A DNA stretch of 53,921 bases, the filler included, from Sluysia triapertura (lineage: Eukaryota): NCBI GenBank assembly GCA_046118255.1. It is 4 parts of 4 records of this genome, joined end to end, with 100 filler letters (N's around TTAATTAATTAA, not from the genome) between each part and the next. Parts side by side here need not be neighbours in the genome. Positions count along the whole stretch, not along the records: positions 11,117 to 29,768 come from JBJNIA010131959.1; positions 29,869 to 42,678 come from JBJNIA010080930.1; 2 more parts are not named here. One strand, written 5' to 3'. The translations under genes were made by a program, and so were the position numbers. The notes beneath the pieces were generated by a model. That model did not search any database and was not told where the DNA came from. It saw only the letters and a program-made list of their open reading frames with translations. Position 1 is the first letter of the stretch, and every line of letters begins with the position of its first letter. Below are positions 24,023 to 35,899 of this stretch, one piece after another.

Positions 24023-25252
24023 TTGATAATGTTAAATAATTTGCGTAACGAAATTTATAAAGCATTAACAAGTGAAATTAATGTGATACAAGAAGAAAGA
24101 AATTCAACAAAATTAGGTAAACGAAAAATATGTCATGATTATTTTTCATTTATTAGTAAAAAGTGCCCCAAATTAGCAAATGTTAATTTATCAACGCTTC
24201 TGCCGAATGAATTGAATATGGAAACTTTTTTAAATAGTCTTGGAAAGTGTTTTAAATGTGCAGGATGTGATAATTATTTTAATATTGAAAAGGAATGTGA
24301 CCAAGGTCATTTATTTTGTACAAAATGTATCAATAGTGGATTAGTTTATTGCCAGTGCTGTTGTAAATTTTTAACAATGATTGATTTAAAAGATAGTACT
24401 ATAGCGAAATTACTAGGAGCAGCTTTATTTAATACTTGTTCATTATGTGGTATAACAGTAAAAAAAAGTAGCGATATGAATTATCATTTAAAATACAAGT
24501 GTTGCTGCAATATTACACCATGCGATTATTTGTATATTGGTTGTAATTGGAGCGGTTCTGGTGATGATCATAAAAATCATGTAATGAATTGTTCTTTTAA
24601 AAACATAAAAATTAAAGATATTTATAATGCGTTAATTGCCTCCACTGAATACTATAATATTACATGTCAAAAACAACTTATGACCTTTCTAGATTGTGTT
24701 CGAAGAGAAAATTTTGGGTTAAGACTAATGCATTTTACTGTTAGTTTGTCATTTGATAAATATTCAACAGAAAACAATAATTTTGAAATAACATTTCAAA
24801 GTTCAACATTCCCATTTCCGCTAGAACGTAGTATTCAATTTTCTCTGTTGTTTTTTGTTACATGGAATTTACTAAACGAAGATAATGTTAAATATTACTA
24901 CAAATTACATTCAGAGAATTCGAATGAATACGATTTAAAGTTTTGCTTGATAAATTTTAAAACTAATCTTGATAAAAATTTTAATGGGATTTCGGATTTA
25001 TTTCACAGCTATGTACACAGAAAAGTTGGACAATCACAATCATTACTTTATGAAGTCAGTACTTGCGAGCACTTTTCAGTTAGCCGATGGAAAGAAATTA
25101 AAACATTAGACATAGAAGTATTAATTTTATATAATCACTTAATTATGCTTTCCAAGCATGAAATGACAAATAATCCATATTTAGAAAATATGATTTCAGA
25201 TGTATTACGCTTATTACCTAATTTGAGTCTTAGTTCTGTGACTAATTCTTAA
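24023..25252 (+). CDS. Cysteine/histidine-rich RING/TRAF-type zinc-finger protein, CYHR1/ZFTRAF1-like (likely start ATG 24029); intronless
   Basis: 409-aa uninterrupted ORF in DNA where long ORFs are rare. 'ECDQGHLFCTKC...CQCC...CSLC...HLKYKC..ITPCDYLYIGCNWSG..DDHKNHVMNC' parallels CYHR1 'CTNGHLMCAGC...CPNC...CGFC...HQKEEC..VTQCKYKRIGCPWHG...HEAAC'. Confidence 0.78.
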   Translation: MIMLNNLRNEIYKALTSEINVIQEERNSTKLGKRKICHDYFSFISKKCPKLANVNLSTLLPNELNMETFLNSLGKCFKCAGCDNYFNIEKECDQGHLFCTKCINSGLVYCQCCCKFLTMIDLKDSTIAKLLGAALFNTCSLCGITVKKSSDMNYHLKYKCCCNITPCDYLYIGCNWSGSGDDHKNHVMNCSFKNIKIKDIYNALIASTEYYNITCQKQLMTFLDCVRRENFGLRLMHFTVSLSFDKYSTENNNFEITFQSSTFPFPLERSIQFSLLFFVTWNLLNEDNVKYYYKLHSENSNEYDLKFCLINFKTNLDKNFNGISDLFHSYVHRKVGQSQSLLYEVSTCEHFSVSRWKEIKTLDIEVLILYNHLIMLSKHEMTNNPYLENMISDVLRLLPNLSLSSVTNS

Positions 25253-25408
25253 GTTTTTATTTTTATTTTTTTAATATTTGTTATTTATCACGTATTTTTA
25301 ATACGGATTAGAAAATGAGTTTTATTGTGTGTTTAGATTTTATTAATTGGTATAGACAATTTAATCAAACTTTTATTAAGCTTGTTAAGAATATTTTAAA
25401 ATTCATGA

Positions 25409-26047
25409 TGTTAGAGTACCATCACAACCCTTAAAAACCTTATAATTACAAAAAACAAAATAAGTTTTCTAGAATATTCTAGAAAATTCGAGAATGATAG
25501 TTGATTTTGATTGGTTACAATCAAACCTTGTGCGATTTTTTTGGTTTGCAAAACAAAATATTTTAAAGCTATTTTCGGTATATTTTTATGCCTTTCTTTG
25601 TACAGCACCTGTCTCCTGCATAAAAACAGGACTCTACTGACTAGTGTAAATATTATATTCAGTTGATCAGAGTTTTATTTGAGTTTTATTTTTAAATCTT
25701 ATGTCCATATTAGAAAATTTTATGCTTAATTAAAAAAGTAGAATTTACATAGTAAGTTATTTTTTATTAGGATCGTTTAGTCTCCCGGATGAGAAATAAT
25801 AAAGACAACGCAAAAACATTTAATCGAATTTTTCGAATTGAATGAGGGTAAAAGTTTATATTAAAAATCACAATAATAGAAAATTAAATGCGTAAGTTTT
25901 TTCATATTCATTTGTATCTTAATTTCAACGCTGTTATCTTTGCTATAATTGATAATATTTATGTTTTACATTAATACATTTAAAAAAGTGTTAATTTTGA
26001 ATTAATTTGTGGTGGATTAATTTAAATTTTAATATTAAATTTTAACA
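25409..26047 (+). mobile_element. Solo LTR (639 bp, TGTTA...TAACA) with 6-bp TSD TCATGA
   Basis: TCATGA at 25403-25408 and 26048-26053. Inverted termini TGTTA/TAACA. Internal HSE; orientation inferred from the HSE and CATAAAA at ~25619. Confidence 0.8.
25466..25495. promoter_or_regulatory. Six-unit heat-shock element
   Basis: tTTCt aGAAt aTTCt aGAAa aTTCg aGAAt. Confidence 0.72.
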
Positions 26048-26995
26048 TCATGATTTGAACCCTCACTATTGATGTGGTTTCGTAAGGAAAAGCCTACAAT
26101 CATAAATGTTTTCAGTAATTTGAGAGTTCACCTTAATCCGAGTCTTAAATAATTAATGGTTTGTCCAGATGATTTTAAAATAGAATAGTCAAGTAAAGTC
26201 GAGAACTTAAAATGCAATAATCTTAAAACTGTAACTGCAATATGAAATGCTACTTAACGATTTTGGTTAAGTTCTTTTTAAGATTAAATTTCTAGCCTTA
26301 ACTAGGTTAATTTAAAATATATTTGAGTCCTTTTGTAAACCAGGATGAAAATGGTATTGTATCGTTGTATTTAAACCGACGTGAAAAAATTACAAAGCAG
26401 ACAGATTTTATTAAATTAAAACTATAGAATTTGAACCTTTTAATTTATAGCCTTATTTAAAAGGGATTGTAAAATTGTACGTGTAATTTAATTTTCGGTT
26501 AAAATGATACATAATTTCGGTTATAAAGTGATAACAACGTATTTAAAATAGTATGTCTATTGTAATTGTAATTAAAATTTTTAAACTAAATTTTTGACTT
26601 TAAGTCTTCAATAATTACAAAAATTCAATTTTAAGTGGTTTATAGAACAAAACTAACGTCTAAATGGAGTTCAATGAAACATAATAATGATGATTATTGT
26701 CTATTCCTTCAAAAATTCTTAATAAGATTATACCGTAGAATTGTCGAAACAAAATTCTTAGCAATTGAACAATATTATAAAAATTTTAAAAATGTAATGG
26801 ATTCGCTGAATAAATTGTTATAAGAAATTACAAGAATTATGTTATAATTCGTAATATAACATTTGATTGCCAAATAAATTTATAATAAAATTGATGAGCA
26901 AATAATATAAATGATAACAATGATTATAATAGAATAATTATTTTCATTATATTATTTAATATTATTATTTAAATAATATATTTACAATTTATTAT

Positions 26996-27770
26996 TGCTG
27001 GGGTTAACGGAAATAAAATGACTGAAAGAATATTGCAACATTAAGGTAAAGGGATCAATATTTTATAAAGTTTTACAAAAAAATTTATAAGTATATTAAT
27101 TAATTAATTTAATTAGAATTGTTTGAAAATCATTTTTAATCGATAACTTTTCTTATGATATTTGCATGGAGGTGGGTATCACACATAATAAAATACAATC
27201 ATGAAATGTATCAATAATATGAAAACTAAGATGGTATGAAACACGTCATGTAGATAACGTAAAATCATTAATTTAAATTAATTTTCTTTATTATAAAGTT
27301 ACGTTTCTATGTATTATAATGAGCGTACATAATAAAAGTATCTATCAAATTAATGCACATTAAGAGATCATTCTAAATATGTTATTGATATTGACGTGTG
27401 ACGTACCCTTAACATGTTGTGTATTGTATGGAAAGTTATTATTCAAAACAAGTGTTATATTGTTTAGATTTATATTCAATTTAAGTTAATCTGTTGTTGT
27501 ATTGATAAGTATTATTATAACTATGATCTTGAATTTTAATTTTATTATGTCCAAAAGATAAGAGTTTGTTTGCCACAGAACCCATTATCTTTGGTTAATT
27601 CCTAGATAATATTAAGACGGAAATTCGACCCAAATTTATGTTCAAATTTGATTAATAAAATTGGTCGGAATAAAACCGACTTTAAGTCGGTGAGTATGTC
27701 TTGTCAACAAGCACAATAATTAAGTCGAATTCCCGACTTCTTAGCAATCATCCAAAATTAAATGGAGAAG
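26996..27770 (+). repeat. Dispersed repeat family C (5' terminus TGCTGGG)
   Basis: Start 'tgctggggttaacggaaataaaatga' matches the reverse complement ending at 44322. Internal blocks are shared with 9960-10915. Confidence 0.8.
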
Positions 27771-28299
27771 TGATGTCTTGTGACAAAATACAAATGAAAA
27801 TAAAAACAAATTGGAATCATGTTTAAAAAAACTTTAATTTACATAAAATGCGTAAACAAAAATTAAATCGAGCGTAATACTCAATAAAATGTTCCAATTC
27901 ACATTTCATTGAAGTAAATATCAGATTATTAACAATTAGCAAAAATAAAAATTTTTGAATGGAAAAAGTGTGGAAATTTGGATCATTTGTTTGTTGAAAT
28001 AAAAAAATTAAAATTTTTAATAACATTGTTAATAAGGTTGATTAAATTTAGATGAAATAAATAAGCTTAAAGATAATATTGAAATAAATGATTTAGTTAT
28101 TTAGGTATTTTTGACAAAGATCCCGAAGTATTCAATTATGCAAATGCAACGTAACGAATCAACTGGATACTCCTATTCAAAATTTATCTGATATTTTTAG
28201 TAAGTTTTTATGTTGTACTCTTATAATTTTAGTGTTGACATCTTTTATTATATAATTGATAATCTCATTTTTGTTTGGAGAATGATAGATCATAACCAC

Positions 28300-28800
28300 T
28301 TTAATATTATAAATCGAATTATACGCCTTGTACTTTGAACAATTTTTCTAAAAGTTACGAAATTAAATCAATGTCAAGCATCTTGGGATCTCAATTCTAA
28401 GCTTTCTCCAATTGACAGTATTGAAATAAATCTTAACCGAAACTTGAAATTAACCCAAATTATGATTAAATTATTAAGTGATAACTTATATAACGAAGTA
28501 AAGATTAACAATGATTTCTTTTCAAGTTTAAGATTAAATAAGGTAAACGTTATAATATTTAAACCAAGTACGATTTTAATTTATATCAAGAATATTTTCT
28601 TAATTATACTATGGGAAAGAATGCATTACCGAGTAGGTAACAATTATATCAGTTTCTATTCAAAATTTTTAAACTTAGTTAAAGCTCATTCAAATTCAAT
28701 AAAATCAATAACATTTTATTCCAAATAATTTCAAAAAGTATTTACGCATTACCCAAATTTACAACTCTACAAATGTTAATAATCTGAAGAAGAATCTTTA
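28300..28800 (+). mobile_element. Highly degenerate LINE reverse-transcriptase remnant
   Basis: 'IMIKLL..NLYNEVKINNDFFSSLRLNKV....KPSTILIYIKNI' resembles the RT segment V.IN...S...GV.QG..LSP.LF.IYI.D. Catalytic motifs are not recognisable. Confidence 0.35.
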
Positions 28801-29093
28801 ATTATACGAAATCATAATTTTTTAAAATTTTCACCTTTATCTTTCTTTATATCAACCCTATGAAATTTTCTAATTTTCTAAAATTATCTCGAGGAATTTG
28901 AGTGTGCAGAACGCTAATACGCATTATTAAAACACGTGATTTTGTTCACACAAAAAACTAATCATTTTTATAAGTTTAATTTACAAATTTGTCAAATATA
29001 TTCTTACAATTATTTTTACTCTGTATTGATTATTCCGTCGAATTATGATCTTACATATTAAACCTTCCGTATACCAAAAAGTATATATGTATT

Positions 29094-29768
29094 TGTTGGG
29101 ATTGCCCAAGTGTAGATAAGAAGATGAGTGATAAACACGTAGAACTATTAAATGAAGAAAAAACTGATACAAAGTGATGGATTAAACATTATAAACATTG
29201 TTGAAAAAAAAAGAAAATATTTATAATACTTTGGAGTTCCAAAGACATATGTGAGGGTTTGAGATGGGCTTGAAAAACTTTTAGAAGCATTAAGACACCT
29301 TTGAAACTTAGAACTTCTAAATCATGAAGACCTTAGTAACCTTTAAGTGTTTTGGAACAACGATGAGCATTTGAGATCCTTTGGCAGTCTTATGGAGTGT
29401 TCGAAATTTTTAAAATAGTTGACAAATAAAATCATTGTTATTGACATTAAGAATAAATCTAGTATAGTAATAATTAATATGAAGAAGTAGAAAAAGGAAT
29501 AAGAGAGGTGAAGGTGAAAACATCTAGAGCCTCCTCAATGCCTTATAAACTGCTAAATAACTTTAAAACCTCAATAACACATTTAAACATAGTGTTGGGA
29601 TTGCCCAAATGAGGATCTGGAGATGAATGAAAATATATAAAATCATATAATGAGGGAAAACTGATACAAGAGATGGATTAAACATATAAACATTGTTGAA
29701 ATAAGAATCATGATAAAGAAAACATTTATAATGATCATAACAGCTAAAGAATATCTTAAGGTTCCAAA
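29094..29768 (+). repeat. Family D, head-to-tail tandem (units start at 29094 and 29593; second cut by gap)
   Basis: TGTTGGGATTGCCCAA occurs at both starts, 499 bp apart. 'aaaactgatacaa..gatggattaaaca..taaacattgttgaa' is repeated. Confidence 0.88.
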
Positions 29769-29868
29769 NNNNNNNNNNNNNNNNNNNNNNNNNNNNNNNN
29801 NNNNNNNNNNNNTTAATTAATTAANNNNNNNNNNNNNNNNNNNNNNNNNNNNNNNNNNNNNNNNNNNN
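29769..29868. other. Assembly gap spacer
   Basis: N44-TTAATTAATTAA-N44. Confidence 0.98.
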
Positions 29869-29869
29869 G

Positions 29870-30420
29870 TTAATCAAACTGTTTTGTTTTGCTTGACACG
29901 TCGTTTTAGTTGGTTTAATCTTTAAAAGAGGTTTTGATGACTTGTTTAAGATTAATTCCTGATTGTGAACGTGGAAATGATTGGATGACATAAAAGTATA
30001 AAGTAGAAATTTAGGAATTGTTGCAACACAACAAAAAAGAATATCCATGTTCTTGATAATGTTTTGAATTTTGTTCTAAATATTAATTTTATTTAAAATA
30101 AGGAATTTTTTTGAATTTTATCTTAAAGTATTGATTTTGTTAAAATAAATTGAATTTATTTTTGGGAATTCACCCTTTGAAATTTATTTAAAATATATTA
30201 AAGTGTAAAATTATTTGTTTTTCATCATATGATTAATATAATATAGAAGAATTTATTATTTCGATAAGAATTTTAAGAATTTCAATTATTGTTAATAATA
30301 TCTTTGTCATTTTGATATAAGGCAACAGTATTGTACTTTGGTAATTGAATTTATAATTAAAATTTGTATTCATTCTGTTTATAGTGAGTTTATTGTAATT
30401 AAAGAATAATCAATAATTTG
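29870..30420 (+). repeat. Family B, diverged copy
   Basis: 'aaagaggttt.gatga.ttgt...tgattggatga...gtataaa' and 'ggga.....ccctttg' are shared with 8690-8960. Confidence 0.6.
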
Positions 30421-30751
30421 CACCTGTTATACGATTACTGAAAATATATCGAAAATTTGAACTAATTTAATTATTGAGTTATTGTTAATAATTTTAAAGA
30501 TGCAAAAGTCCGACTTCACCAAAAATAACACTTTAATCCAAATTTTAATTAAATCAATTAATAAACAAACTTATCCATTTTTGGATTTCAAGCATAACGG
30601 ACAATATCACATATCAACTTTCACGTTATGTGCGATTTATCCACAAACCATATTTATTACAATTATTTATATTAATACTGTTGGGGTAAAAGGCCTAAAA
30701 ATAAGTGCCAAGTAGTATAATTGAATATATTAAAAAAGAAATTGTTAGACG

Positions 30752-30822
30752 GGTCTGATAGCTCAGTGGTAGAGCATCGACTCCGCAGACGATGGTCCCG
30801 GGTTCGATCCCCGGTCAGTCCA
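30752..30822 (+). tRNA. tRNA-Ala-like gene or pseudogene (anticodon CGC in an imperfect arm), inside a ~160-bp repeated cassette 30679-30839
   Basis: GGTCTGA TA GCTC AGTGGTA GAGC A TCGAC TCCGCA GACGA TGGTC CCGGG TTCGATC CCCGG TCAGTCC A, then TTTT. A and B boxes intact. U70/A73 and the two-copy consensus GGGCTGA/TCAGTCC give the G3.U70 alanine identity. The anticodon arm is imperfect, so it probably does not decode. Confidence 0.75.
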
Positions 30823-30899
30823 TTTTACGAAGTCTGACAACTGTGTTGGAGAATTAATTTTTAATGTGACGTCAACAAATCGTAGATCATAACACGAAA

Positions 30900-31527
30900 T
30901 GCTAAATTTCTTTTCAACTTCTCCATAACATATTGCTGGGTGGATTTGTATTTCTTTGAACTTCTTTTTATTTCTCTGTTTTCTTTTATTACTTAATTTT
31001 GATGGTAATATGCGTAAAATGCTTTCGGTCTTTTCATCTAATTCATAACATATCATCTTATCTAACTTCTCAATTACTAAATGTTGCATAGGATAAAAAA
31101 TTTCTTTAATTTGATTTGTATGGCAAATCATCAAAATTCGACACAGAGTTGCTACTACAATGTGGGTATCTAAAAAAATTAAATTCCGTTAGTTGATCGA
31201 TCATATCTACATCACTAGGTGAACGCATTATTTTTAGATTTAATCCTTTATTCATTTTTATTAACTGAACGTACTTTCGTATTGCTAATTCAACTGTAGG
31301 AATCAAAATCATTACATACATTAATCGTTGATCGTGCACTACTCATTGTTGAATAAATGGAATACCGTAGGGAACAATTTTTTACTAACAGTTTTTGACA
31401 AACTAATATCATCTTTACGTTTCAGTAATAATGGCATAGCATGTTGTTGGACTTGTGCCGGCTTTGAATATTTTAATTTTGAAATATAATCTAAAATTGG
31501 GGACATTTTGGTTACCGTTGTAATCAT
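30900..31527 (-). pseudogene. Intronless decayed DEAD-box RNA helicase N-terminal domain (DDX47/Rrp3-like)
   Basis: Across frameshifts: Q motif 'KYSKPAQVQQHAMP', motif I 'SKTVSKK', Ia 'QRLMYVMILIPTVELA', Ib 'THIVVATLCRI', II 'HLVIEKLDKM', then 'TESILRILP'. Order and spacing fit DDX47-type helicases; catalytic residues are lost. Confidence 0.82.
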
Positions 31528-31699
31528 TTTTTAAAGTAAAGTCTTAAATTTGTACAAAATTCTTTTTTTGCTAATACTCAATATTCTTAGTTATAAAATC
31601 AGAGATTATTATTTATTTATTCTGTATTTTTCTATTTTTTAATTTTGCTGATCAATAGTTTACTATTTAATACTTCTACATTCAATTCTTAAATCACTA

Positions 31700-32982
31700 C
31701 TACTAATTTTGTTATTAATGCTGATTGGTAGTGATTGGCTAATTTTTTTAATCAAACAATAATTGATAATCAACGAAAAAATAAATCTATCTATGATTGG
31801 ACGTCCAAATGGAAGAGACACAACATAAAACATAAAGGCAATTTATTGGACGTCTAATCAATTATAGTAAAAGATAGAACATGTAGTTGAATGTGAAACC
31901 GCCTGGCAACCGTCATCAATTTTAATTGAATTGAATTAAATTAAGGTTGTCAATTTGTAACTGCATTAAATAATAAAATCAATAACAATGATTATATTGT
32001 TACTAATGCGAAAAAATAAAAATCACGTTAAATAATAATAATTGTAATACTAAGTAAAATAAAATAGAGTGAAACGGTGAAAAATAAAACAAATCTTTTT
32101 GATGTTCTAATAAAAAAACACGATCTTTCTTATATTTATTTTTCTTATTCTCGACATAATTGAAATATCTTTATTTATTATAAATGTCTTAGAAGCTGAA
32201 TGTTAAAAGGTTGTGAGTTTATAATGTTTTAAATTATGCTTTTACATTTACAATAAAATTTAGGTGTAGCTGTTATTCTAATTCTATTAAGTAATGAATG
32301 AATGTTTTACAAGAAATTTTTAGATATGCTTTAATGTTTTAAGTGAAAGAAAAGTTTGGGTGTTAGAAGATTGTGCCTTAAAAATGTAGTGAGTAAAATC
32401 TAATGTAAATTAATGGTTTTGACTGTATTTATGGTTTGGATGTTAACAGATTGTGTATAAAAAATGTTTTAAGCTATAAAATGATTTTGATGAGTCTGAA
32501 CGAAATAAAATATAGCGACGATTTTGATGCTTTTTAAAAGTAACTGTAAGATGTAAATAAATGTGATTATGGTTATGCTGTTATAGAATTATGAGTAAAA
32601 TATTTATTATTAATTTTTTTGGTGCCTGTTATTACTCTGAAAGTCTATGTGCTTTTATGTTACGAAGTATGAAATAGGGATGTTTTGAGCAGTTTAGGAT
32701 AAAGTTTTAGTGGATGTAGAGGAAATAAAATGTAGAAAGGTTTAGATGAAAAATAGTTAAAGAGTTATGGAATGTGATTTTAAGTGAAGTGTGTTGAATT
32801 AAATTTAAAATATTTGGATTAATTTTTAAAGTACTTCTTTGATGATTTTTGGTGTTGAGTATGATTTGGATGATATGAAATTTCGTGTTTAGAGTGTTTG
32901 AAAGTATTACAAATTGTGAGATGTTCTGAAGTGTAATTTTATTGAATATTAAAAATTTTAAAATATTGGGTTGACCAACACA
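31700..32982 (-). repeat. Dispersed repeat family A (terminus TGTG(G/T)TGG(C/T)CAAC; CCAAT-rich inner end)
   Basis: Terminus gggttgaccaacaca at 32982. Block 'aatgtaaattaatggttttga..gtatt..tggtttggatgtta' is shared with ~36190 and ~49415. Four ATTGG boxes at 31720-31860. Confidence 0.75.
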
Positions 32983-33199
32983 TTCAACTTAACATTAATT
33001 ATATTTTTAACTTTGATAATGCATTTATTTAATCAGCATACATTTACTGTCATTATTTATTCACATTTCTCCCTTAGCGAAGAAGCTTGGTCCCAAAAGC
33101 CATATCTGTGTGCATTATGAATAAGGTATTCAAACATGAAATTATCAAAAATGAAGCAAAATAATATTAGAAGCAATTATAAAATGCATATAATATTGT

Positions 33200-35065
33200 G
33201 AATGAATATATTAATTTGACATCCTTTTAATACAGAGGCGCCGTTTTTGTGTAGACCCTTTATGATTTATAAAAGTTCTTAATTTGCGTCCTTTTATGTT
33301 TACGTTGGGAAGAAGAAAGAGCAGCTGTAAGATCTGGTAGGATAGGGACATGTTTATTTTTAGTTTCGAATGTCATCGTCTCTTTTATGTTGTGAAACTT
33401 TATTATTTCTTCTATTTCTTCTTCAAATCTATCTTAATCTTATAATTTATTTTCCCGCTAATTTTTTTTCTAACTTCGTACATTAATTCTTGCATATCAT
33501 TATTTTCATTTCTTGTGGATCGTTACATTCTACCTCATTATCATTTTCGATTTTATGCAATAGGTCATAAAGGTTTGATACATCGTCTACATCTACTGAC
33601 TCCTTGATACATTGTGTTCTAGGTTTCCTTCCATGCCTTAGTAGCTTTATTTGTCACGCTTTTTATTTGCTTATCACTTATTATTGGTGATATTGTATTT
33701 TTAATTTCTACTTTATTTTGATCTTACCTGGGCTTTCTCTAGAAAGGTATCTATTTCTATTAATATTACTTTTTCTGTATAATTCACTTAGGGAATTCGC
33801 AATCTACTATTTTAACGTCATTCAATCCCTGATCGTAAAATTTTGTCTTAATTTGCACACCATAATAATCCATTTCACTCCGAATTTTGTCTCTAATATA
33901 TTTTCCAGTTATATGAATCTAATTTTTATTTTTTGATTTGTATTATTTTCCATAATTTAATATCAGTTTTGTATGTTCGTTTTTTCATGTTCGTTAAAAT
34001 TCTTTATGTCTTACTAATATTAATATATCCGTTTGTGAATTCTCCTAAACAATCTTTTATGATCTGTCCTCCAAATTTCTAATTTTATCTTTATAACTTA
34101 TTTTGTTGATTCTTGTAAAACTCTTATTTTAGGTGTCTAGTTGATCATTATCGTCACTTTCATTTTCATCTTATTCCTACTAATATTGTATTCATTTAAC
34201 CATCAAGAACTTGAATTATCTTCATTTTTTATCATGTACATTTTTTCCGTTCCAATGGAAAACTTGATGAATATTCCAGACATGCTCTTTCATAATGTCT
34301 ACATTGTTTACTGTATATTCTTCCTCTAATGTCAATTTTATTGCTTTCCGCAGAAAATTTATTACAATTATCGTTATAAAATCTAACTTCATTAGGGAAT
34401 CCGTATCTATGATGGTATCCTGTTAGTGAATTACTTGAATTATCTATGAGATTCTCGGTGAAAATGTGTTGAATAAGTATTATTGTAGAACTGTCCATTT
34501 CTTGTATAAGGTTTATAACGATTTGGTCTCCTTATTTTCTGAAAATATTTCTATAAAACCAAATTTTTTTAAGGATAATCACCATTACCATGAGGAAATT
34601 TTTGCCTAATAATTTGCTTCTGAGCAGGATTTTTATTATTTCATTATTATTTATTAATATTTCATTATCATAAAATGCTTCTGTAACATTTGGAGATCTT
34701 GATCTTTCTTTCAATATCACATTTGTCTCTGCTATTGTGTTTCTTATTATTAATTTTTTTTCTAATTTTCGAGCCTTTTCTAATGTTGCTTTATACCTAT
34801 CAGTACTAAATACTGTCAATAAAGTACCCATATTCTTTTCAATTCCTTTAATTATCTGAAGGTTTTTTATCAATTTTTTTCTTTCATCTTCACTATTTGT
34901 CTTAGGTAGATAAGCCCGTCGGCTAAAATTCTTAATTGGTAAACGTATTCAACAACCGTTTTGTCATTTCTCTAAATAATCGCTTGAAATATCTTTTACA
35001 AAAACCAATTTTAATCTTTCCCAGTCATTTTCTGACTCAATTTGATCAATTTGAATATATTCTAC
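33200..35065 (-). mobile_element. Very degenerate LTR-retrotransposon internal region (gag/protease/RT-like)
   Basis: Coding-like strand skew, gag-like 'ATLEKARKLEKK', protease-like 'MDSSTIILIQ' and a weak RT-like segment near 33850. Many stops. Confidence 0.4.
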
Positions 35066-35899
35066 AGTAAACTCAAGACCAAAACACACCAAACATAAAC
35101 ACAATCATAGGCAAACATGAGCACAATCCAACATATTTCTTATAAATAAAATTTTAAACAAACTTCATTGAATCAAATCAACAAACATCATACATAAAGC
35201 AGACAGAAATTTTATAATATTAGATACCTTACGCATTATACGCAGTACTGCAATCAAAATTTAATATTATTCAATATAACATTATTAAAATATTGTTATT
35301 TGTAAACTTTCTAATTATATATGTTTATTATTTTTAATGTACCTCAAGCATTTATGAATCACAACGCAAAGTTGTTCAAAATTTATATCGTTGAAAATCA
35401 TACTTATTTTTTGACTATTGAAAAGCAATTTCAATCAAATACAAGCAAAGCCTAAATACATCGATATGTCATCTGAAAATCATGGTGTGTTGAATATTAA
35501 GTCAAAATAATCAAATGAGTTACATATTAATTTATCGAAAAAGAAATTTCCAGAAAAATATGATAATTTTACAGTCCACATTGATAAACCAAAACAATCG
35601 TTACGCTGTTCAATGCAACAATACTCCGTTAAACGTTATGAAATTGTTTTACGGATGATTCATTTCAAACCAAATGATAAATCCAAAATGCCTTATGATT
35701 TTGATTAATAATAAAAAAACCACAAGTTTAAATGTATTCTATTTTAACTGCAAAAACCTTTTCCCATACAATTTTAATGATAAATCAGCACTTGTTATTA
35801 AAACCTTTAATTTTATGAATCATTAAATGTTAGAAACATTCGATTCGTTACAAACTTATGGTGCGTAATGCGTTTTAATATTAATTTATATGTTATTTT

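Noticed and set aside
30752-30822. tRNA-Cys(GCA) assignment, or a primer-binding site on the minus strand
   Set aside because: U70/A73, consensus G3 and the T-arm fit Ala better. It is a full-length gene followed by a TTTT terminator with no encoded CCA, so not a PBS.
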